DNA of 64,000 bases, taken from NCBI GenBank assembly GCA_010093605.1, contig MU004192.1, positions 504,882 to 568,881 of the forward strand, written 5' to 3'. The stretch is from Lophium mytilinum. Its lineage: Eukaryota. Shown here piece by piece: positions 1-12,379 of the stretch (within the stretch, counting starts at the first letter, position 1; the number at the start of each line of letters is the position of its first letter). The translations under genes and the position numbers were made by a program. The notes below the pieces were generated by a model that saw nothing but the letters and a program-made list of their open reading frames with translations, was not told where the DNA came from and made no database searches.

Positions 1-433
1 GTGTGCTTTCAAGACCAAAAGCCTAGACTGATTAGGTACATGGGAGTCTGGTGAACATAAGGTTTCTCAATCTGAGTGCACTTGTTTCATACTGGCTGAA
101 GTTCTCCTGTGCATTTTGAAAAGGCCCTTAAGGAAAAGAGCAATGTGCGGACAGTTAAGCATTCACCCCGGCCGCCAAAGCTTGTGATAAACGGCGCGAT
201 GTCATAAACTAGGGTTTACTACCGAGCCACGCCCTCGCGGCCTCATTAGCCTAACCCAATCAGGACCCGCCTACCCTGCTCCCACGTTTCTTGCCTTCTC
301 CTTCATTCTACTAAACCTTCCGCTCGACCTTCTTCTTTCAAACATCGTTCAAACTGTAACCTTGTTACTTCGCCGTGTTCGCCTGCGCTGTACTCACACA
401 CACAGATCCTCACTGTCAGAAACTGTTCTAATC

Positions 434-2354
434 ATGTACCGTATACCAGAGTCGACTCCAACAATGGAGGAATATAGCAACGAATACTGGAGACGCCATC
501 CCAGCGTAGTCACAGCGTCGCGGAACCTAATCGCAGCGCTGGGAACGAGTGACATCCCGCCGAGACCAAAACCATACGCGACACCGCCACCGCTGCCGAC
601 GCACATCGCGGAGCTACACGAAGAACAGCGGAGCTTGACCTTCCTGACTGAGGACATGGGTCTAGGTCAAGGTGATGCTGATACGGACAAAGGAGGGTCT
701 TGGCAGCCGATTGTGTATGGCTTGGGAATCTCCAATTACGATGGCCAGGAGGAGATGGGTGAGTGCAAGATGGCGCAGGAGGGTTGACAATTGATCGCTA
801 ACGCAGCAGTAGTCAGCGACGATGAGACAGAAATCAACTTCTCCGCCAACGATTTAGAAGAAGAGCTTCGAGGAAACGAGATGAGTTGGATGGGCGAAAC
901 CCTTCCACATCCTGACGAACTCAAAAGCTTGGATAACAAGCCGCAAGCCCTCCACGTCAGGCAGCCCCTTGGTGTTCTGATCAGCACTGCGCTTCAGAAA
1001 CGCGGCCTAGGAAGTCCCTTCAAGGAAGCGTTCTCCATGAGCCCCCCTCCCAAGAGGCGCTGCACGCAACCGTACTCTCTCCTCGAAACCCTGCTGAGCT
1101 GGCACAAAGCCTTGGACAGTAAAGAGATCCCGTGGGACCAGATCACCGGCCTTTCTGGCCCGAAGAACATCCCAGTGGTGTGCCTGTCCTTCTGGGCAAC
1201 CGATACCGACCCACCAACAGAGCTCTTGCGGATCCTACCCGGTAATGTTCAGAAAGTCCGATATAGCGAGGTGCACACGTTCCGAGAGGGCCTCTCTTAC
1301 CCTGGTAAGTCCTATCTCCTCTACTTACGAAGTCGTGAAACCACGACACTAATCATCTACAACAGACGTCCTATTCCCCGACGAAGCGCAAGTGCAATCC
1401 CACACAGCCGGCCGCTGGACCTTCATCACCATAGCAGAGTACCGACAGAACGTCACCGCCGACCCCGACGCCATGAGCCCATGGCACATCATCGCCTTCC
1501 CGAGCAGCGCGATCACCCGCTCCGAGGAGCGCATCTACGACCTCGACGCTGAAACCATCATGGCGGATTCCGAGGGCGTGAAATCTCTCTACATCTTCGA
1601 CGCCGACGGACTCCCCTACCCGCGCGTAGACTCGCCCGCCCAACGCACCTCCCCGCCCGCCCAAAAGCGACCGTACGAGCACCCTGTCCCGCAGAATACG
1701 CAGTTGTATACGTACCCGCCGCACGTGATCGAGAAGATCGACTCGGCCTACGACCGCGAAGCGCCGGTGTACGCATCAGAGTACGCATCTATGACAGCCG
1801 ACGACGTTGAGATAGACACGGAGACTCCAGACGACACGCTCGACAGCAGTCCCTGCCCCGCTGCGCGCCGTCTCACTACACCCACGAGCTCCTTCACGCC
1901 AGACTTCGGCAGCAGCACTGGCAGCAGCAGCGGCGACCCCTTCTCCAGCTCCCCCATCAGCGAGTACCTTACCTCCTCCCCGACGTCCTCCCCGTTCGCC
2001 TACCCCCCGCGCCACTTCTCCTCCTCCCCCCCTGTCCCCTCTTCTTCGCCAATTACGACCCCGAATACGTCCCCCATGCCGCCGCGACCGAGGGCGGGAC
2101 GCTACCTCCGCCGCACGGTGCTGCATGCTGATGGTCAGGGCAAGATTCCGCTCGTGCAGACGTTTAACGCGGACCCGAAGGGGTGGAAGCAGGTTACGGC
2201 TGCGTTTGGGAGGGGCGCGGGGAGGGTTATGGTGTGGAGCGAGATGGAGGACGGGCGGGTGAGGGAGGTGGGGCGGAATGAGGGGGGGAGGTGGCCGGAC
2301 TGGGTGTTTAGGGATGTGGGTGACGTTGAGGGCGAGGGCGAGGGTGAGGTGTGA
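434..2354 (+). CDS. Hypothetical protein, about 603 aa, 3 exons (434-758, 807-1304, 1366-2354), with a Ser/Pro-rich C-terminal region
   Basis: ORFs 362-787, 791-1552 and 1392-2354 join in frame through introns 759-806 (GTGAGT..GCTAAC..CAG) and 1305-1365 (GTAAGT..CTAAT..CAG). No family recognised. Confidence 0.65.
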
Positions 2355-3689
2355 GTGACTTGGCTGAGAAGGAGTGGGCTTGGTTCTTTGCTATGTGGTA
2401 GGGAAGAAAGTGGGTTAGGGGTACTTAGTTGGTTGGTGTGTGCTCTTGGTTTTATGAGATGGGGCGATGGTATGAGAGAGTTATTGACGGGGTGAGAACG
2501 CTGGGGGGGCTGGGAGCGGGATAGTATAGTCTTCCCGGGATGTATGAAGCTGGATAGGTGTGATAATTTCCAGTTTTGCAATAGTCGGTTGTTAGTCATA
2601 TGCTTCCTCACGTGCTCTTCGCAAGTCTCGAAAGTATTAGTCAGACCAACTAACGACGTCTATTACATTGAAAAAGCAGACGGAAAAGAGCTATCACAAC
2701 AGATTGAGAGCTCCTCGATGCTTGAACAAACAGAGTCTGTGCAAATCTTGCATGAGTAGACTGGTGCTTTTGCAAAAGCTAGCGGACGGCGTTGGGACGT
2801 CAAACTTATAATGATCATCAGTTTCCTGGACCAAAGATTCTCTCAAGCTTTATGTATTAGACCTTCGATTTCTATTTCAGCTCCACCAGTTCTGAATCGC
2901 GCTGCGTATCATCAGAACCCTTTACACGGACCTCCCGATCCAACCTCCACGCACACCATGACCTTCTTGATCCAGACTTTTGCAACCATGAACAGCGCGT
3001 CGACTCCAATTTGATAAAAGAGAACCCCCCCCACCATCCTGAATACTGCAAACTATACGCACGGCAAAACATACTTATACCTCTAGAAGAAATAGCCACA
3101 CGTGCTCAAAGCGGCTAGCACGTGATATCGAAAGATCTCAAGCTTCACGTGAAAAGCGACGCGAGAGTGCTGGGTTATACTAAGTGTATGAACACAATCA
3201 TTTCTATTTCGGTGCACTAGAATGCCGTCTGCTACACCACCATCCTTCGTTTAATATGCAATAAAGTTACCAAAACTGCATGGCAGCCTTCACAAGCCAG
3301 CGTTGGAGATGAGATCCAAGCTTCGCAAGCCTCATACTTCTACCCTGACCCTCTTCTCTACATAATCTAAAACAAGCACGTACATGCTTTCGTCTAAGCC
3401 TCCCTCTCATCTGAGGGGTAAGAAGGTTGGCGATACGCATGCCGCTAACCCCCTTCCCGCCCTCCGATCCGTGATACCCAAAAAAAGCCTCAGCCTCACG
3501 ATAAAGGACCCGCTTTTTCAGCATGAAAATGAATCAGCTCAGCGCGATCCTGCCGAGGCACGGCGAGAAAGCCGCTGTCGTGATTTGTGAAAATAATATC
3601 ATCACTCTCACATTCCACCGTTTTCACAAAATTGTGTTTATATTTTTTATTGTTGCTCGTTGTTGCATGTTGCTGCTTCTTGAACGACG

Positions 3690-4775
3690 ATGACTGCCCC
3701 ATCCCAAACCCCAGCCCCAGCCCCGGCACCAGGCGACTACGCCCCCGTACGCACCGCCATCCTCGCGCTCCTCGCGCAACCAGAATACGACGACGGGAGC
3801 GCAGGACCCGTACTCGTGCGGCTGGCATGGTGCGTTCCATCCTCGTCCCCATCCCCATCACAAACCCCCCAATCCACCAGCCCCCCCCTTGTTCTCCTCA
3901 GCTCTAACCAATTCTTTTCCAGGCACTCCGCCGGCACCTACGACGCCACCACCAACACGGGCGGCTCCAACGGCGCAGGCATGCGCTACGAAGCCGAAGG
4001 CGGCGACCCCGCCAACGCCGGCCTTTCACACGCGCACGTCTTCCTCGAGCCCGTCAAAGTAGCCCATCCATGGCTGACCTACGCCGACCTGTGGACGCTC
4101 GCCGGCTGCGTCGCCATCGAAGCCATGGGCGGGCCACGATCCCCTGGCAGCCGGGCCGCACCGACTACATCGACGAGGCGCAGCTTCCGCCGCGCGGACG
4201 GCTGCCGGACGGCGCGCAGGGCGCGACGCACGTGCGGCACGTGTTCGCGCGGATGGGGTTCAGCGATCGCGAGGCGGTGGCGCTGTGCGGGGCGCATAGT
4301 TTGGGACGGTGCCATGCGAGCCGGTTCGGGTTTGAGGGGAAGTGGGTGCATAACCCGACGCGGTTTGGGAACCAGTATTTCCGGTTATTGGCGCGGGTGG
4401 AGTGGGTGCCGAAGAAGCTGGAGAGTGGGGTGCAGCAGTTTGTGCATGTGGATAAGGAGGTTGGGGAGGAGTTGATGATGTTGCCGTCGGATATGGCGTT
4501 GGTGGCGGATGAGAGTTTTAAGGAGTGGGTGGTGCGGTATGCGGAGGATAAGGAGCTGGGAGCTGTTCTATGCGGATTTTGCGAAGGCGTTTGCGAGGTT
4601 GATGGAGTTGGGGTTGAAGAGGGGGGAGGATGGGAGGGTTTTGGATGAGAGTGATCAGAAGGAGGGGTATGCTTCCGCTCCTAAGAAGCCTGATGGCCCG
4701 GGAGTGCCTGGTGTAGCGAACGAAGAGGCGGAACCTTTGCGGGAGGAGAACGAGAAGTTTAGAGCTAGACTCTAA
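3690..4775 (+). pseudogene. Class I heme peroxidase (cytochrome c peroxidase / ascorbate peroxidase family) with a PTS1-like C-terminus (-ARL); frameshifted in this sequence
   Basis: Distal motif RLAW|HSAGTYD across intron 3830-3922, plus [17 protein letters not shown], proximal GAHSLG and MMLPSDMAL. One base is missing near 4134-4135 and a 7-nt duplication lies at 4552-4565. Family assignment is strong; pseudogene status versus sequencing error is unresolved. Confidence 0.8.
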
Positions 4776-5307
4776 GCGGAATCTGCTATTCATCTAATGC
4801 ATCGTGATCGATCGACGGCGATCGACGGCCGTAGTTTTCTTGTTTACTAGGCTTCATAGACTTAGACATATTAGACTAGAGTTGTGATAACGAAGTTGTG
4901 TGGTGTTAGTTACCTGTTAGAAAGTTTTTGTCATACGGACTTCTTTTATCACTTGATTGGCTGTGATTAACAGGCCAAAGTATGGGTACGGATGAAGTCC
5001 GAGGTCGGCGATCGATAGGTCGGAGTAGAGGCAACATTATGCCGACGCTCAAACACTCGTCGGGAGGAGGAACAAGACCGGAGTCCGATAGGATGTTCGT
5101 TCATGCCCTTGGCATCGATGCTTCAGATCCAGGTGTTTCATCCCAGTCGATCTCCATGCAATGCCTTGTCATGGATATCTGTACAATCTGCATGAGGGCC
5201 TCGTACTACTATCAGCGTTCCGAACGAGAAAGAGGTTCGACATTTTGGACAGCTTGTAAGTTGGTGAGGCTACCTCGGACAGCGTCAGCAGGACATACGC
5301 TCTCAAC

Positions 5308-6628
5308 TCAAACTTCCGAAATCGAAGCTGCATGACTTCTTGGCCATGAGATCGACCGGTTGAGGTCGTCGTGGCTAGGAGATACGGCCGCGGAAGGTCT
5401 CGAGAGAATGTCATGGTCGCTGTCAAAGCTGTCGGTGCTCTGTTTACGCGATCCCGGCTTTGAAACTGTCACAGTAGTCTCTTGCTGAACGTGGATCCTC
5501 GGGTGGCTTATGCGCTGATCCCGATTAGAGAACGGATTGATCGACCGGGATCGCACAGGCATGCTAGAGGGAGACGAGATGCTGGTGGTAACAGGTCCGC
5601 ACTCGATGAATTCCGGAAAGTTTGGATCCGTATTCTTTCTACGTGGAGCAGTGTTTGCGCGACCGCCACTATTGCTAAAGGAGCGAGCAACGATATCGTC
5701 GAGGACGGATTTGAAGTCGTCTAGGAATATTGTGTCGGAAGCACATTTGAATACCAACGCGAACTTGAGATAATAGTCAGCAACTGTGATCGATATGAGG
5801 GGAAAGAAGACTAACACGCCAGTATGGATTTATGCCTGCGTTGTGGGTGATGTGTAGAGCAGTAACAATGATGTCCGTCAAGAGGAAGACGATGCTCAGC
5901 GCCATACACCCTATCATGACTCCAAAGCGGGGGCTAATCTTGATAAGTCCCCAGATCTTGAATCCGTAAGTCTTCTTTATAGCATCAATCAACTTCCATG
6001 TCGTGAATATCCACCATGGGTCGCGGGCAAGAGCTTCCCATGGGCGGGTGCTAACGTTGATTCTGATGCCGAGCCCGTTGAAGTATTCCCAGTTGGACCA
6101 GCACTCGACGATCCAAAACGGCTGGACCGCAATCAACGACCCAATGAACAGTCTGCTGCCCCAGCGAGGCAAGAACGGACGGATCTTTAACCAGGAGATT
6201 ATGTTGTGCACGAAGTATGAGAAGAATAACAAAGTTGCGGTCGCACTCAAATACCTGGGTAATGAAGTATCAGCCTTGCTTCAATCCATGGTGTATACTA
6301 GGTCACATACCATCCATAATATGGGTCTTGAGCAAAAATAAACGTGCCATGCCAGAGTGCAAGAACCAACTATTACAACTTTAGCATGCTGGTCCATATA
6401 TATGGTAAGGTGTAGTACCTCAAGAAGAATAAGTTTGTGCAGCATTACTCCACCACGATAATTGCAGAACACGATGAGTATGAGGATGATGAGAGAGCCG
6501 ACATTATAGCCTTCGGCCCAAGCCTCGAGAATGGCGCCATCGAGGGTCAAGCCAGAGCGTGATGGTGCAGCCTCGCCGGTAGAAGGGGTGCGCTTTGACA
6601 TGGGCGAGAAAAAGTTGGAAGGAGCCAT
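5308..6628 (-). CDS. Uncharacterised fungal multi-pass integral membrane protein, at least 4 exons
   Basis: Spliced reading LILLE|LVLALWHGTFIFAQDPYYGW|YLSATATLL...INPYWR|FALVFKCASDTIFLDDFKSVLD with several hydrophobic helices and canonical introns (e.g. 6370-6418). A further small 3' exon ending at 5169 is possible. Confidence 0.75.
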
Positions 6629-8066
6629 GATTGAGAGTGGACTGCGCGCAGATGTATTTACATAGAGAATAGCTATTACGGTGCTAGCCCCGGAGTCGTT
6701 CTGTAATGTGGTCTACCGGGAATCGCAAAACCGGATCAATGTTTGATGTGCAAGTTGGAGGCGGAGGTCAGGCTGAGATCCGGGCGGACAGTATGCGACA
6801 GACAGCGAAGGCCCGCGTGCGAGCCATCCAGTTCTTATGTACGCTATGGTTAAAATCTCACGAACGCACCCTCCGCTATGTGCTCGTAGTCGACACGAGT
6901 AGCAGGATCAAAGGTGGCGCACCACGAGGTGGTGTTTGGCATGCAGTCTAGTGAGAGACGGGCAGGTCGAGTGTGGTGGAGGACCCAGAAAGAGGGCAAA
7001 AACGCGGAGAAGGCGCCATACATACCCGGCACCAGCGTACCTTTGTACGGGGTAGGGCTCCGATGCACCGAAAATTCGGGATGGAGGGCGCAGATCTGAC
7101 TCGCGGTGAAGATGCCGTTACAAGTGGCAGAGTGGTGCGCAGGCTGGCCATCTGAACAAGCCTAGTGCCAACACCCAAGGCCCTGGTGAGGTCGACGGCG
7201 CGCGCCCCGTCGCCTCTCGAAGATGGGCCTCAGGCGACGGCCACGAGGCTGCGTCGTGGGGCGCACTCCAGGTCGAATAGCAGTTGCGGATGCAGCGTCC
7301 AGGGCGCTTCACTCCCCTGATTGCTGGAGTAAAAGGCCTCAACTCCCCCAGACGACCCTGCGGGGGCGCAAAATCAGACCACTCAGCCGGCCCAGCTTAG
7401 GCTCTTGCGCAGACTCTTCCTCCAGTCTGACGGCCGTCTGCAAAGCCAAATTAGCCTCACCGGTAGGGCTCCGTGGCGTCTGTCTTGGTGTATCGTTGGC
7501 CTGCCTTTGCACCACTCGACTCGTGGTCGTCCACCACTGCTGTCGGACGTGAGGCTGGACTGGCCAAGTCAGCTGGACGCATGATAGCATCGACAAGCAG
7601 ACATTGCCAGGAGACTCGACGTTGCGGGGTGGCGGTGGCATCCTCCTTACGTCAACGCACGTTGGAGTGAAGGAAAGGGGACAAAGGACGGGCGATCCTG
7701 CGAGAAACACTCACAACAGCGGCAGAAGAGCGGGCCATGCGGGGAAGCAGCCTTGTGGCCTGTCAGGGCTGCGACCAAAGGGACCCGTGGACGGCTCGCA
7801 GTAAAACCGGCTAGGATGCTTGACCGCCGATGTGGCTTCTGGGTGGACCGTGAATCTTACTCAGCCGCTTCTTCCTGCTCCCTTTTGGCAATCTTCCTGC
7901 ACCCTTCATGCACCCTCGCAGCAGCCTTCAACACCTCGCACCATGGCCTCACCAACCCTGCAATGATGCCTGACGCTCTTCGGCCATGGTCATGACAGAT
8001 TCCGGGTACCAACTGCGTGGAACAAAGGCACATGCGGCTCTTTGCCCGCCTCCCACGTCGTCGATG

Positions 8067-8281
8067 GCATCTCCGGCAGATATCTACGTGATAGACTCGT
8101 GGTGTCGCGAACTGGGCTCTTTGACCGGTGCCCATGCTCGCATATGCATCTCCGGCAGATATCTACGTGATAGACTCCTGGTGTCGCGAACTGGGCTCTT
8201 TGACCGGTGCCCGCGCTCGCATATGCATCTCCGGCAGATGTCTACGTGATAGACTCCTGGTGTCGCAAACTCGGTTCTTTG
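8067..8281. repeat. Tandem repeat, 79-bp unit, about 2.7 copies
   Basis: The unit GCATCTCCGGCAGATATCTACGTGATAGACTC...GCTCGCATAT starts at 8067, 8146 and 8225, with few substitutions and no spacers. Confidence 0.95.
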
Positions 8282-9248
8282 TGCTATTGTGGCCATCCTG
8301 TCAGCACTCAATAGTTTGATAACGGCTGCCGCATGCAACGGCACACTCTCTTACCACGACTGCCGAGCTTCCTCAACCGACTTGATGATACAGGCTTCAT
8401 CGACTTACCATGGGAGCAGGAGGACCCCTTCCATCAATTCAAAAACCTGATTACCATGCCTCGAAATTGTTGCTGCAGCTGGACTGCTGGACTGCTGGAC
8501 TGACTTTGACACAGCCGTAGACTACGACCAGCTCGCAGGCGTTTGACTCACCTATGCTAACAAAAGCGACGAGGGCGACGTCTGGTGGAGGCTGCGATCG
8601 TCCACATTATAGACCTCCAGGGCAAGCCGCAGGTTTAAACGATTCCTCGCGACAACAAGCAGTGTTCGGTGTGATGAAAGCTGCCTGCTTACTATGACTA
8701 GGACTCGTAGCTGCAAAGCTGAAATAGGGCTGAGCCACGGTGACCTCGTCACGACTGCGTCTCAAATCAAACGACAGCCGACAAGCGAACGAGCGAATGA
8801 CGGTCGGCCAAAACTGAAGCTACTCGCAGCGACTCCGCACCGCAGTCAAGCTTTGCCCTCACAGCCGCTCCCGAAACCTTGGCCAGCGAAGAAGTGCGAA
8901 GATGCATCGCCGCTTACGCCCTAAACGGGAATTAGGCGACGTTGATCAAGTAGCACCCCGGCTCCATTTTTAGCTGCGAGTGGTCTGTGCACTTAGTGTA
9001 GGTTCTGTGATTGGTCCGCTCGCTCATTATGTGTTGGATCTGAAGCACACCATGGGTCCTATCTTTTGCTTCACCGTTCTCCGTTGCTCCATCCGAACCT
9101 TAAGGGCAAGATGCTTAATCTTTCTGGCGGGTTAGCTAGATAGATCGGCAGGGTGTAGCAAGGCTGAGCACCTCGTGTCGACGCGTAGCTATCTTTAATC
9201 CTCATGGGTGCTGGAAGCTTTGTAGATATATAGCGTCCCACCTCGTCA

Positions 9249-9373
9249 CTTTGTTCAGCATCAGCCAGCTCAGCATCACTCAAGTTCGACATCAATCCAG
9301 TTCAGCACCACTCCAGCTCAGCATCATTGCAGTTCACCAGCACTCCAGTTCAGCTTCATTCCAGTTCATCATT
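9249..9373. repeat. Degenerate 16-bp tandem repeat (consensus CCAGTTCAGCATCAYT), about 7-8 copies, upstream of the RTA1-like start codon
   Basis: Units in register at 9265, 9281, 9297, 9313, 9329, 9345 and 9361, with a partial unit at 9249. Confidence 0.8.
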
Positions 9374-9415
9374 TCAGTCTACCATCTTGTTTACCTTTGC
9401 CCAACACCTATCGCC

Positions 9416-10714
9416 ATGACGTCCACAATCTCCCACCATGCAACCACCACAACATCCACAGCTACCCCGTCATGTACAACAGCAGTACCCGGCAAGTACG
9501 GCTTTGTTGACCCCGCCGCCTGCAATGCAAATTACGCATTTAGCCCAAGCTTTACCGCCGCCATCGCCTTCTCCGTGCTATTCGGCATCGTCACAGCAGT
9601 CCAGATCACACAAGCCTTCCTCTTCAAGAAGGGATTCTGCTGGGTCATGATTATGGGATGTTCTTGGGAGTTGGTGTCCTTCATCACACGAGCTATGGGC
9701 TCGCACAACCAACAATCTGGAGCTCTTGCTTTAGTCAATCAGCTTCTTCTCTTGCTCGCCCCGCTATGTAAGTCGTCCCCAAGTAGCCACCCTCAAGCCG
9801 TTGCTGACTTTGCACACAGGGATCAACGCTTACGTCTACATGACCGCGGGGCGTCTAATCTGGACCTTCCATCCGGAGAGGAAGATCTGGAAAATCAAAG
9901 CGATGTCTATTGGAAAATACTTCGTCTGGCTGGATATCTTCTCCTTCATTGTCCAAGGCATCGGAGGCACTATGCTCCAACCTAGCGCGTCTGCCAACCA
10001 ACAGAAGCTCGGAAAGAATGTCTACATGACCGGAGTGGGGGTGCAGGAGATCTTCATCGTTCTGTTCACCGTCCTCATTGTCCGATTCCAGATGGAGATG
10101 ATGCGACTCGAGAAGTCGGCCATGATACCCAAGACTCGGAAGTGGTTGGTGCTTACAGGAGCCCTCTATGCAGCCTTGGCTTTGATCACAGTGAGTAAAC
10201 TCCCCGACTTGTGTCTTTGGATCTTAGCTAATGTTCTCATCAGATGCGCATTATCTTCCGCCTCATCGAGTTCTCTCGTGGTATGACCGAATCGAATCCT
10301 CTCCCATACCATGAAGTCTATCCCTTGGCCCTGGACGCATCGCCCATGCTGCTAGCCATCACTATTCTCAGTGTAATTCATCCCGGCATGGTTCTCAAGG
10401 GGCCCGAAAGCGAATTCCCATCTCGCAAGGAGAAGAAGCAGATGAAGAAGGAAACTAAAGAAGCAAAGAAGGCCATGAAGGCGGCAGGGAAGTCTGGCAA
10501 GTCTCTTGGATATGGCCAGGGCAGTGAATACTCGGCCCTCGGCAACTACAGCTCGCAGAATCTTACAGCCGACGTGGAGCTCGAGGTGCCGCACGAGAAC
10601 AGGTACCTGAGAGACGGATACAGCTCCCCAAACCACTCGAGGGACCATTCGAGAGACCACTCGAGAGACAATTCTGGAGACAACTTGGGATACTACTCAG
10701 GACCGCCCGTTTGA
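9416..10714 (+). CDS. RTA1-like (lipid-translocating exporter family) membrane protein, exons 9416-9767, 9820-10190, 10244-10714
   Basis: Motifs LLAPLWINAYVYMTAGR, FVWLDIFSFIVQGIGG, G+GVQ, RIIFRLIEF and HEVY..LDA..M...HPG. Canonical introns 9768-9819 and 10191-10243 keep the frame. Confidence 0.9.
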
Positions 10715-12379
10715 TGCAACGGCTGATCGATATGGCGTAATCATAGATGGGCGAGGAGCTTGGTGTTCCACGAAGACCTGGTGCTTATGGCGTTTCGGGC
10801 GTTGCGGAAACCTTTTGTTTGTTTGAGCGGCGGAATGAACTATCACTAGAGTAATAATAGCATCATAGATCTACGTTCGATTGTTCACTTGAAGTTTATT
10901 TGTTGACTATGTTGCTCCTTGGGACAAATGTGCAAACCAGAGCCCTGGGGTACCACCGCCACTCAAGATTTTGGCGTGCACCTGTGGAACATACTGATAA
11001 GGCTTGACGGCAACTTCGGTGCACGGCAGATCCTTCAGCCACTTGATCTTATATTCACAGCGAGACACGGATAGAATGCGGAAACGGGAGGATAAGTAGC
11101 CGCCGCAACGCAAAGGTCAAAGATGCGGTGGTCGATACCGTCAAGCCTTTGGATAGGCACGAGCTGGGGTAAGAGCGACATCAGATGAATGTTGGCAGCC
11201 GCATTTGAACATACCCTGCACTATTAGCGCTTACCGTGTGGTGTCTGTGAGACTGTGATATAAAGTGGGCGGTAGGCTCTCTGATTCGTTGGGCCAAACC
11301 TCGACTCTTCCCCGTTGCGAGAGAGTGCTTCAGTAGAGGCTCAGATGATGGTCAAGTATCGTACTGGTTGATGAGTGAGTGAAGAAGCTAACTACGACGA
11401 AGGGCAGACGTACGGTATCGTGCTGAGTAAGCCAATAATCTACATAGCTAGGAAAGGCGCCACGCCGTGACCACCTCACTGCACCTCAACTCCGACGTCC
11501 TTCATCAACCTTACAAAAGTCTTATCCTTTCTCAACTATCATAACAGCAAAAGCTACATCACGTGGCTCCTTCCTTCGATAGAGCAAACAATCCAACCGC
11601 TCTGTTGGCTCTGTCTACCACAACGTCGTCTCACAGATGTGGAGTAGAACAAGGGTGGCTGACCAAATCACCTCTCGGCGATCGGAAAAATTCCCCACCA
11701 CAACAGATGTTTCAAGCTCGGGCGTGTATGTGAGAACTTATCAGTAAATCTATGGCGTGGTAATGTCACGTCTCCTGGAGGCATCGTTCGCACGTCAAAC
11801 CATCTTGCCTCTGCTTCTTTAAACGCGTACGAGCCTGTCTTCGGAGAAAAGGCCGAATGAAACATTTCATTTCTGTCTCAATATCATGTATCATCGCGGA
11901 AACATCATTCGGGATGACCGGATGCACTATCCTCCCTTCAGCTCTCAGATCGCAATCTTGACATGCGTTGGCACGTCTCGGACGTTCATCTTCCCTCTTC
12001 GTGCCATTCGAATATCCGCTTCCCGAATGATAATCATGTTACACTCCCTTTATTTGAAGCACTAGGTTGGCTCTCTCTACTTGTTTTGTCTATACAGCTG
12101 CAAGTACGATACGTTCCCGCCGGCACTTGCAACAGCACGCGGGAAGAAGCATGTGGCGTTTTTATAGCTGTGACGCATGCCACAACTCGACTTGTACCTA
12201 AGCATGCTTTCACTTGTATTACCTGTCACTGTGGAGACCCAATATGTCGGACCGGCTAGACCGTGTTTTCCAATTTTACCCTGCTGAAAGGGTACTTACG
12301 TCTCCGCAAACGCTTCTTGTTAGCAGAAAAGCAGGACCCTCTTTTTACCCAAACTTTTCATCGTCCAGAAGCTTCCCAA

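Noticed and set aside
6700..8000. Many overlapping 60-120 aa ORFs in a GC-rich intergenic stretch
   Set aside because: No recognisable domains or consistent splice structure; expected by chance at this GC content.
8067..8281. CRISPR array interpretation of the 79-bp repeat
   Set aside because: Units are contiguous with no unique spacers, there are no cas genes, and the DNA is eukaryotic.
10625..10685. 12-bp repeats encoding (H)SRD units in the RTA1-like tail
   Set aside because: Ordinary short coding slippage in a disordered tail.
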